From Dicyema japonicum (taxonomy: Eukaryota; Animalia; Dicyemida), in the NCBI GenBank assembly GCA_011109175.1, contig RDEW01000023.1:86257-150256 (forward strand): a stretch of 64,000 bases of DNA. Direction: 5' to 3'. Shown here piece by piece: positions 52,886 through 63,511 of this stretch; the first letter of the stretch is position 1; the number at the start of each line of letters is the position of its first letter. The notes beneath the pieces were generated by a model. It saw nothing but the letters and a program-made list of their open reading frames with translations. It did not search any database and was not told the DNA's origin. Both the position numbers and the translations under genes were made by a program.

Positions 52886-53575
52886 TTAATTTAATTTTAA
52901 TAAATATTCCTCAAGTTTAATTTCCCTAGTACAACAGTTAAATTTATGACGGAAGACCTCAATAAACTCATCTTCGACTTCTCTTACCAGCACAAGTCTC
53001 CCACATTCTTCCGTGAAAGAAGTCGCCTTACTACCTTCTAATCCGCAGGGAGTGATATTATCGAAATATGTCAGATCTGTATTACAGTTTATCCCCAATC
53101 CGTGCATAGTCACGTGGCGAGTTGACCTCACTCCAATCGCCGCAATTTTCTTTCTGTTAACCCAACAGCCGATGTTATCGGTGGTTTCCCCGGTTAAATT
53201 GAATTTTTGGCAAAGTCCAACGGCGGTATCTTCAAGCTTGTGGATGTAGTTTTTCAAGGTCATGTTGAAGTCCCGTAGATTGAGGATAGGGTAGGCCATC
53301 AATTGACCGGGTCCATGGAATGTAATCAGCCCCCCACGGTCAATTTTATGGAAGGAACTAATGCTTCTTAGGTACTCTGCATCCTTAGCATACTGGGAGG
53401 ATCGGTACCCAACTGTGTATGTTGGTTCGTGTTCTGTGAGAAGAAGACAGTTCATATCTTTGGTGGAAGAGATTATTTTATTGAGTATGGTTGAATGGAT
53501 CTTTTTCTGTAACTCCCAAGCAGAGAAATAATTGAGAAATCCAAGTTTTATTACATTGACCGATGGCTTTGACAT
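52886..53575 (-). CDS. LIPT2: Octanoyltransferase (lipoyltransferase 2, LipB-like), intronless
   Basis: LTEHEPTYTVG, DRGGLITFHGPGQLMAYP, KKIAAIGV, TMHGLGINC, ITPCGL. Confidence 0.96.
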   Translation of the reverse strand: MSKPSVNVIKLGFLNYFSAWELQKKIHSTILNKIISSTKDMNCLLLTEHEPTYTVGYRSSQYAKDAEYLRSISSFHKIDRGGLITFHGPGQLMAYPILNLRDFNMTLKNYIHKLEDTAVGLCQKFNLTGETTDNIGCWVNRKKIAAIGVRSTRHVTMHGLGINCNTDLTYFDNITPCGLEGSKATSFTEECGRLVLVREVEDEFIEVFRHKFNCCTREIKLEEYLLKLN

Positions 53576-53734
53576 TAAATTTTAAATTATTTTTAATCAA
53601 AATTTAATTTTTAATTTTGATTAAAAATAAATTGATAAATTAATAATTAACAATCTCCATGTAGTTTATCTGGGGTTATAAAATAATATATTTTGGTTAA
53701 GGTGACCTTTAAATACGATGTCTGGAAAACACGG

Positions 53735-53900
53735 AACTTATGGGCTAGAATTCTCCTCTTGACGTTCAATGTCAGGGGGCTCTCCAGCACCCGGAAAAGA
53801 AGATAACTTTGCCAAGATCTCCTCGGATACAAAGTATTGCTCGGATGTCTTAACAACATGGAGATTTCAGACTAATCTTACTTCCCTGAGGATTCAGGCA
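53735..53900 (+). mobile_element. RTE-like APE N-terminal fragment
   Basis: LLTFNVRGLS..LCQDL. Confidence 0.6.
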
Positions 53901-55339
53901 CTACAGTCCCGTGCAAATGTTACTGCCAGGGTCAAGTAATTCATAAGATAAGCAAAAATGTTACTTTTATTTGATAATTTTTATTATTTTAAAAATGCTT
54001 TTTAAATTTTAGCCAACCTAATCAATTTTTTATTTTTTTATTTCATCCCTTAAAAATGAGATTTTTCCACTTTTTATTTTTTCAGTTCTAGTACCTCCAT
54101 CAATTACTTTGTCTTCATTAATGGACTTTTCTTTTTCCTCGAAACCTCAAGTCATTGAGAGTTTCCAAGCGCTCTTTTAAACTATAGATGACGAGACTGA
54201 TGACGTGTTGGAAGATTCTCTGACCTATTTTGGGACAACATAGAAGTACCAGGATGTGAACAAAAGGATAAACAGTATTATTGAAAAATATGATGATTAC
54301 ATCCAGCAGAATTTTTGACTGCGCTTTCTCATAACCTTTAAGTAAATGTTTTTATCTTTAATTTTATCTCTGAATTTAAAACCAGAATTTTCTGTCGGCC
54401 TAAATCTGTCTGGACACCGAAATTTTAATGATTTGCATTTCTTTTTTGAAAAAATATAATTTTTAGATTTTTTTAATGTGGACTCTCGGAATTAATAATA
54501 TTATTCACTGTTTTTCTTAAAATTCGAATATTAAATAAGAAAATCTGTGAGCGATTGTTTGGCACGATGTAGTATTATTCTCATCTTTGTATCTCAAAAT
54601 TTAGAGTTTTTGGTAGCAATTAAGCCTTGTATAATTGCAACGAGAAACTTTCAAACACATGGTAAAATTTTTAGTTTTAAATTATTATTTAAAAAAATAA
54701 TTGAAAAAGATTAGTAAAAATAAATGTTATGTTTTTTAATAATGTTGGCCAATTAGAGGGACTGTAGTCTCTCCCCATAATTTTGAATAATTATTTTTTA
54801 AAAATTTTATAATTCCATTATCTGATGGTTGAAGAAGAACATTCAATGTTGAATTAATTTGTTTTTCATGTAGCACAGTCAGGAGAATAAGGATTTTTTG
54901 AGTTTTTATTTTTTATTAATTCGACATAACTACGAATTAAAAATATCCTTTGTCATCCAGCATTCTGGGATGATGAGTACGTTGTGATGGATTAAAAATT
55001 TTAAAACATCTGGGATTTCTAAATTTCCTGACTAATAGTGGATTCCATTTTCTCCAACATTGTTGCAGCATAAAACAACAAAATTTTTTCTTTGCTCTGC
55101 TTATAGTAAGATGAATTATCGTTTTCTTTTAGAAATATTTTTTCCGAGTTTTTTCTTCAAAAAAAGACAAGTTTAATCGCAGTTAAAAATATTTTTCTTT
55201 TCATATTTGAATTTTTCATCAAAAAACGACAGTGATCAATGCCACCCTTGAACATGAATTTTAGTGTAAATATCACTAAATTTTGAATAGAAATGATATT
55301 TTAGAAACTAAGAGTGATAAACTCACATGACTGTTGTCC

Positions 55340-55900
55340 ATTCTCCGTGAGTCTCTGTCCTCGATTCCGAAGATTACTATATTTTATGAGCAATCAAATC
55401 AATTTTTAGAACAAAGGCTACATCATGGCTTGCATTTTTTGAGCGCGCGATGGAAGTTACCATTCATGACCGAGAGTCTATTGTTCTGGAAGAGACATCG
55501 TGTCATTCTAGGCTTCCCTCCCACAGTCCTGAAAGCCGTTCGATCAACTTAATGAACGTGTTGAGGTCAAGCACACCAGACGTCTTAACAGAAATTGTCT
55601 GGAAGGCAAACTGATCCCCATTTTTGGAATCTAACAGTACTCGATGCGGACTTTAGAAGATTCGCGTTGAGAAAGTAACTGTGTAAGTTGAATCTCAAGC
55701 AAGAGATCTCCCTCGGCTCATGGTTATATCATTCAACCTTTTGACATCATCTCTGTCAAGTTGCAGTAAGCAAGTACCCTTGCGCCTCTAATAGTCGTCA
55801 TTGCAGTTGAGTTTAGCGTGGAAGGAATTTCTCTCCGTCTGCACGACAGCGCATGTAGCCCCTTACTGTTAACAATCCCACTATCAAAAGAGCAACTCCA
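55340..55900 (-). mobile_element. CRE-like C-terminal remnant
   Basis: GLHALSCRR and decayed REL region similar to 16600-16950. Confidence 0.55.
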
Positions 55901-56169
55901 ACAAGAATAGTATCTCCATCCGACAGGGCACTTTATTGATTTGTTGATAGTTATGACTAAATAGCGATGAATTGTTATTAGCAATGTCCGCGGAACAAAA
56001 CGTTAACTAATTTGCGATTCCACTTTTGCAATGTAAGTCATTTCCATCCTCCCCTGTTTTTCGAAACAACCTTTAGATCATTCAGATCCTATGTTGTTTT
56101 CAGCTTTCTTTCTATGAAAGTGAGTTATTCGGCAACGTCGTTCTTTGTCGATATCGATACGTTGCTTTG

Positions 56170-56625
56170 ATTAACATAGAGAAGTATGATTCCATGGCCT
56201 GATTGGCCGGTGCCATTTCCGAAGCTCTTAGGATATGTCCAGAGAGCTTCCATTTCGCCCAAGTCACTTTATTCCCAATCTGTGTTGTATAGTGATTCTG
56301 TAGAGTTCGTTGTTGGTCATCCGTTTCGCCAGTAGATTCCCAGAAGTCGTAGTTGTTTTATGTGGAAAGAGTTGAGGTTCTCCAGTTCTTTGCTGGTTAG
56401 GTTCCAGGTCCACGCGTTGTAAAATAGAATTGGTTCGATAAAGGAGTTGTACAACCGAATTCGAAAGCGAGTCCCTATGTACTTTCCCGCATCCAGATCG
56501 TCCACAATTTTTTGAAAAAGGCAACCCCTAGAACTTTCCTGTGAATAACGTCCTCCGAGTCTCAGAAGAGAGATCCAACTTTCTTGCTTGTTCTCCACTT
56601 TTCCTCGATTCTCGTCGTGTAACGG
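56170..56625 (-). mobile_element. RTE-like LINE 3' fragment
   Basis: WISLL, RFRIRLYNSFIEPILFYNAWTW, NSFHIKQLR. Confidence 0.8.
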
Positions 56626-57674
56626 GATAGCGATAAATGCATAAGGTTGAAGAATTTTGATTATTTAATTTTATAATCTCCGTAAATTAAGAATCGAACA
56701 ACAATTTGGATTACACAGATTCTATAATTGATCCTCCAGTGATTGTGTATTGTTAGTCTTTAGTGAATAGGCATGTTGCCTGCACACTATTTGTAGTAGA
56801 ATGAATCCTCATCAATCGTTATTTGTCTCGTGGAAGCATATATTCACTAATTCTTTTCATTGCAAAGTTATAATTTCCGTATGCATCCTCGTGTTAAAGA
56901 ATAAAACTTATAAAAGCAACAATTAAGGCTTATTGTTGAGCATTTTTGAAAGAAAACAGAAAACCTATTTGAATTTTATTTTCTAAATCAAGACAATTTA
57001 CTGCGTAACAATAAATAGTTTAGGATGGATTGTAATAAATTTAGGGATAAGCAAACATTTAAAAAAGTAACAGGACTAAAGAATGAGATTTAATATTGCA
57101 AAAAAGCAATCAATGGTAAAAGCGTCACACAATTAACTTTATTACGTACAATTGATTAAACATATTCATAATAAAGTACTTTAACCACCACATTAACTTC
57201 AATTAGAGTCCCCGAATATTTAACAAACAATGTTGAAACCCAATTTTAAATATTTCTTATTCCCAAAAAATCAAATTTTGGATCCCACTAGATTAATCGT
57301 GGAAACCAAACGCATAACATTTTAAACAGACAAACATCGTGCCCAAATCAAGGATACAATAGTGTTACTTAAGATTCTTAGACTTCTCACAGAGTAGTCT
57401 CGCATGGCTGAGGGATAATTCATATACTCTGCTCTTATACTCTCCGTAAAGCCAACATGAACTGTGGAAAATTAAATGTATTGAATGTTATTTCTAGGCG
57501 AGTTGTCTCACATTCCAATAAGGAAATCACTAAACCACAAGTCTTCCCTCATTCTTTAGTATGATCACAGAGTAATCTCACACCCCAATAAAGAAATCAC
57601 AGAACAATATTCGATTCCCTACCTCAAATTAAGGATATCATAATTAAGCATAAGTAACTTCAAGAATTAGTGAG

Positions 57675-58965
57675 TTAATGTATTTTCCTCCTCTTAATAT
57701 CAGTTGGGTCACTCTCACGACGTAGAGATGGAAAATTAAACCTCCGTGACAAATAATCATATCTCATCCTCGATGTAGCCGTCGAACTCGTCCGTGGCGG
57801 AAGCTGAGTCCCAACGTGATTAGTCTCACGATTGGATAACAAAGGAAAATCCACCCCTGGTTCATTCGACCCAAATTCTTCAGATTGACCACGTGGAAGG
57901 TTCGTCTGCACTCTTTGAACTTCCTCCATCTCAATCGACTCAGAAGGACCCAGATCAATCTCAGACGATTCAGCTGGCTCGAACTGAAGGTCATCTACAA
58001 GGTCGTCCAGCTGGTGGGAAGTTGTACCTTCCATTCCGATGTCCTCAGAAAAATCCAATTCACTAGAAAAAGACGGAACTGGACTAGAATCACGGACAAA
58101 TGACGTGGTCCCCCCCTCGAGGCTCATCTCACTCAAATTTGCAGTCCTGGCTGTCTGAAGTCCCTCAGACATCTCAGTCTCTGAAATTCCGCTTGAAACA
58201 CTCGACACGCTGTTTTCTGTGGTTCTTGAAGTTTGATTGAATTGGGCCCATAAAGGAAATCCAGTCGACTGCCCAAAGAAGGTGTCAATGTTCTGACGCA
58301 GAGAAAGTAGGCGGTCATGGAGCAATTGAATGTCCCCCAATTGTTGGTGACTGTAATCGGTTCTCCCCTGTCTGATGTTCTCAATTCGACGCCTTCTCTG
58401 TTCAATGTCTGCGTAGATCACACTCATCATAGTCACGATCCTGTCTTCATTTATAAATCCGTCTTCCCTCGACTTCTTTACACGCTCCTGGTTGAAAGTC
58501 TTCAATAAATCGGGCACGTGGCGTTCTTTAATTATGTCATGGCCATGCACGTGCGTATAGTAGTCTGATAGTTTCCCAATCCAGCAGCAATGGTCCTGGA
58601 GACAACAAACACAGAGACTGTCCAGCTCTGACTTGATCTTCAAGTCCATCTCGAAGGGTCCGTTGTCCCTGCAGACTGGACAACTCAGACTTCCGCGGTT
58701 ATCCGAGACCATCCAGTTGTAAATGCAGCTTTTGCAGTACAAGTGGTTGTTCTGGCATTTGCAGGGGTCACGGAGAACGAGGTAACTAGAAATTAGTAAA
58801 TATGACGTTAATTTATAGAAAATATTGGTCCAACCAGATTGAGCAGCTATATTGATCAGCATAAAAAGAAGATATAGACGGGGTGAAAAAATCCCACATA
58901 TAACCCCCCGATAGAACTTTTACGGGTTCCTCCGCCTGAGTATTTACTTCTTCTGAAATATCCAT
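57675..58965 (-). CDS. TRAF/RNF41/RNF151-type C3HC4 RING protein with long Ser/Glu-rich tail
   Basis: Exon 1 MDISEEV..GGYMWDFF..YSCSIC joined across a 49-nt intron to YLVLRDPCKCQNNHLYCKSC..CPVC..CCWIGKLSDY..H. The provided ORF starts at an internal codon. Confidence 0.85.
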
Positions 58966-59129
58966 GTAACAAACGAAAGCCTAACAATAAACAATTTATT
59001 CAAACAATTCAGTTTACCGATTAAATATTTTAAATTTAAATAATTATATATTAAATTCACTTTTAATTCTTTAAATTCCAGTTTATATGTTTTCCTGAAA
59101 AAAAACAAAATCAGTTAAAATAGTTTCCT

Positions 59130-59515
59130 GGCCTTCTGGCTGAACGTAACGTCTGATGACATCGGATCTGAAGGTTGTAGGTTCGAATCCGAAAGATGGA
59201 GTTTTCAGCGAAGGTCAATTCTCTTCAAACAGATCCCACCCGTGAGGTAACACAATAGGTGAAAAAAATCTTCCTACTTTTTTCCCTGACCAAATCCACT
59301 AGCGAATATGACCATTATGAAAACTCTTCCGCTTAAAAATGAAGTGATGTCATTGAAGGTAGGACGTGTGGTGAAAATGAAAGAGAGTGAACCTACTTAT
59401 CCACCTTTTTTCGGAAGCGGAAGCCCGTAGCAGACTATTGGATTTGGTCGGCACAAGCAGACTTTCTCCCTTGGATTAATTAGTTATGACTGTGTTGGGC
59501 TCACCAAAGAGATAA
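59130..59515 (+). mobile_element. tRNA(Arg-TCG)-derived SINE, family C (full-length copy)
   Basis: Head ggcc..tggctgaacg..cgtctga..catcggatctgaaggttgtaggttcgaatcc has A and B boxes and a tRNA-Arg-like anticodon arm but no proper acceptor stem. Body matches 26701-26912 and 33073-33436. Confidence 0.85.
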
Positions 59516-60967
59516 ATAGTTTCCTAGTCAAATATTTCATTCAATTGAATAAAATTTAAATTTTTAAATGTAAATTTTCAGATGAGTTCCCATGGACCAT
59601 TTTATGGTTAGGGTTTGGCAAATTACACTTTTTTACTTTCTCATATGCCTGCTGACATTATGGTCTCGGATTTTTGTAGTCCATCAGGACCTGATTCACT
59701 GTGTTAAAAGAATGTGGGCAGCATCTGACATTATGATAAAAATGGCGGACGACCTGGATTACCTAAGAGAACTAGCGCGCAACAGAAGATCATAGTCGAG
59801 GCTGACGGATATAGAATGATTTGGAATACGACACAATGGAAACTTAACTATTTTTATGTTTTCTCGGGGGTGCTTTTAATAATACTAATAAGTTCCTCCT
59901 GGATGGCACTTCCTTCAAGTCCGAGCATGCAAGACTGCCGGGATCACCTGAATTTTTTCATTTTGGCTATGGCGGTATTTTGTGGTTCAATAAATTTAAA
60001 ATTGAATAAAATAAATTCATAATTACTTTCAATGAGATTTTATGCCGAGAATTATATTTTTATTTACAATTTTTAATATGGTAATTAAGAAACCAAAAAA
60101 AATTAAGAAATCTATAATATGTGGGTTTTGAATGACAATTAATATGATGGCTGTGATTAGTTAAATGAGAACATACATTTTACGTTGCTAATAATAAATC
60201 GTTGAAAATAATGACCTGTTTGTCTGACGTATATTTAAGTATTAATCAGTGTGATCAATATTATGTATTTGTTGATTGGAAATAGATCAATAACTGGCTA
60301 ATCTGATCGTCACTATTACGTCAAATTATTTAAATAAAATCCTCTAAGAAATATCGAATAGAAATGGTAGTTGACCAAACCCTAAAAAGCCGAAAGATAA
60401 AGTTCAAACTATTCTACTCAGACCTTTAACTTTTTCCTTGTCTTGTTCACTTTTCTTGTTCACTTTTAAGAAAGCTATCGGTTTATCTATGGTAATTCCC
60501 TCGATATCCATGATGTAAAATCTACGGCCTCCTATTTCATTATTTCATCCATTAATCTCATATTTCGACATTATTTTGTAAAAGCCTTCCTTTGGAACAG
60601 TGGATGAGTTTATTCGCCAAGTGTCGGGACCCTCTACAAGCAGTAAATCGATAGGCAATGCATGTGTTGCGTAAAGATCTAACCTGGCAGCAACGAACGT
60701 AATAAAAATTCAAGAGATCCAGTCAAAAGCAATCAATTTACTGGAAAATATACGGATAGAGAAATTGTTCCCAGAACACTTGAGTCTATCATAGAGGCAA
60801 CTGGAGGCAATTTCAGAAGAGGAGGGGTAAAAGACCCCGTCCGTGTAGAAAATGTGTGGGGTCACGGTTGAAGCATCGAGAAAAGATGGCCCGATATTTG
60901 AGAGATGCTGGGATCACCTGAACATTAGTTAGTGGTTAAGACGGTGTTTCTTTGGCTTAAATAATAA

Positions 60968-63511
60968 TTATTATTCCTCTAGGATCACTAGGTCAAAGAG
61001 AAAGAAATAAAAGGTTCTCAACTAACTAAGTGATCCCAGACCGATAAGGGAGAGGACGAGTCCGGTAGGGTCGAGAATTCTGAACAGCTCTTCTCATTAA
61101 ACATGGCATCGGCTCAAAATTTCTGTATGATTGTAGATATTTCGATAGTGTATAGAATAGAGGGCAGCTCGGTAAACTAGTCTCCTTTAAGAGTTTCCGT
61201 TGTTATTCGATTAAGAAATTTTCAATGGGCTGGATTTTGTGTTCTGGTCAAATTATCCTTATTGCAGTCTCCTCGATTGCGGATATTTTCAATGAAGAAG
61301 ATCGTGAAATCTGCATTTCCCACGAAGGACATGCATACGTCATCGTGGGTCGGATAAATTGTTCATAAAACGTGGCAGGGGCATCAGTTTGGTCTCTAAG
61401 TGTTTTTGAGAGCACTTTTGAAATTCTTATTTTCTTCAGAGAAGTTACTTTGTTCTCAACATATCTAATAAAGGAGAGTCTCTGATCAAAGGTGACTCCA
61501 AGAATCTTCGGTGTTTTGTTAATAAGAATAGCTTCGTTCTTCACAAAGATTTTTGGTTCATAGAGCTGTCTTTTGTAAGTGGTAAACAGCGTGACAGAGG
61601 ACTGCTGTTGATGTGTCTCCGCTTCGAGAACCATAGTTCCAGCTTGTCAAGCATTTGTAGAGCGGACTGAGTCGGTGATTGAATGCTTCTGTCCTTGGAG
61701 GTAAGAATGATGTCGTCTGCATAGGAGAGGATTAGGCAGTTTTCATTACAGGTTTGTGGCATGTAGTAAATGTAGAGATGAACAGTTGTGACAGTGGGGA
61801 GCTTTGAGAAACTCTACTTAGAAAGTACCGAGATCTTGATTTGATGTTGTCGTAGAGTACTTGTGCTCGTCCTCCATTTAAGANTTTCCAAGTCAAAGTT
61901 TCAAGTTCGGATGGATGTTGGTTTCAAATATTTTCTTTGTAAAGAGTTTCCTAGTGACTGAGTCGAACGCTTTTGTGTTGTCAACGGATATAAGTACTGT
62001 CCTGGGCTTGTAGGTTTGATTATGGACTTTTTCCATATTTCAAGGATTGTATTCGTGTTAATGGATAGGTAGAAAAAATAGGCTAATAGTTCCAGGGCTC
62101 GATGGCCTTGGTGCTTCAGATCACTTGTGGTTATGTTATCTGGCCCTTTGACCTCTGAGTTGTTGGCTTTGGATATGGCTCTGCTGACATCCTGATTAGT
62201 AAATAGAATCCAGTAAAGGAAGCGTATAATCTTTTCAGGAATACTTGGTGTTCTTTTGAAAACTTCTTGTAGGAGATATCAGTTTAATATTTTATGAGAT
62301 TGTCTTCGCCTTTTCTCTCTGGGAAGGTTCTTTTGATGTTCTTGATCCATTTCCAGACACTCTGCGTTGGGGGCTCTTGAGAGAGCCTATTTGAATTTTT
62401 TGCCTTTATGTTCTTGTCGATTATCAACAAAGTTTTCTGTTACGATCACTGATCAGTTATCGTAGTTTTCTGATGTTCTCTTCTGTTGGGGATTTCACCA
62501 TTTTTAGATTATTTCATTCTCTGATAAACGTTCTTCGTTGTGTTGTAACGTTGTGATGACGTAGGTTGCCTGCCCATTGGAATGTACTTCCTTTTCGCAG
62601 CGTTTATGATCGAGTTGAACCATGACACTAATTGTTGGGATATTTAGTAGTAGGCATATTTAGTAGTCCAATGCAAGTATCGACGTACATCTTGAATCCT
62701 CTCCAGTTCGTCATTAATTATCGTCGGAAATTGTCCTTTCATCCGTGATCTCGTTTTGACCTCCAAAAATATTGGATTGTTGTCACTCCTGGTGTCATAT
62801 TTCACTGATTAGTCAATGAGAGAGGCCAGGGATAGGGATGACAGTGAGATTTCAATGGATGAGGCTTCATCGTTACGTCAAGTAGATGTTCTTATATGGA
62901 AAGCCGGGTCTTTGAGTTTACAGAGACTGTGAAAATCTTAAATGATCGTTTTCTCATTTTTTCATAAGCTTATTGTGTCAACCACAATGGGTGCTTAGCA
63001 TTGAAGTAACCACAGATGATCACATCATTCAGTGATGTGAGAGGAGTCAATCTGGGAGCACAAGAAGAGCAAGAACTCAAAAATAGGAAATATCACCAAC
63101 ATTATTGAAAGTCTTAGGAATCGGAATTTTGCAGCCACAAGTTACATATTCCATAATCTTTAAGCATACTGTTGTAAACATTCTCAGTTATATCCTCAAA
63201 CGGAATTCCGTTGCGAATTACTGTGAGAAGGCCCCACCAAGTTTCCCAGGTCTGTTACGACGTATTACTGTGAATCCTGGAAATATTGGTGTTGAATTCC
63301 TGGGGAAAGTTTAGATTCTTGGATTAATAACATTTCGATGTGATGTTATTTCAAATACATCCGAAGTTCAATTACCTTGTTTTTGATTCCATTTATATGA
63401 GTTGGACAGTTCTGATGGTCCGGGGTTTGCCTTAACGTCTCCGCAACGGCACATGCCTTTCTGATTAGTCCACCCGTGTCCAAATGCCACCACTATGTTG
63501 GCGAGCCACAT
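60968..63511 (-). mobile_element. Near full-length LINE family V: leader peptide + 2A-like motif + APE + RT, decayed
   Basis: GDVKANPGP, INGIKNK, LIQESKL, ICGYFNAKHPLW, RSDNNPI, KAFDSV, YADD, ILGVTFD; 3' UTR and (TAA)n as in the 39200-39364 region. Confidence 0.92.

Noticed and set aside
52886-58862. Alternative genetic code or stop-codon readthrough
   Set aside because: Long conserved ORFs (LIPT2, GS, RING) have no in-frame stops; stops elsewhere fall in introns or decayed elements.
59130-59200. Functional tRNA-Arg gene
   Set aside because: The acceptor stem does not pair, the D-arm is shortened, there is an extra tga in the anticodon arm, and it continues into a repeat body.
59582-60022. 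Short ORFs (59592-59795, 59816-60022) after a ttttcag acceptor-like site
   Set aside because: No coherent spliced frame or recognisable domain on either strand.
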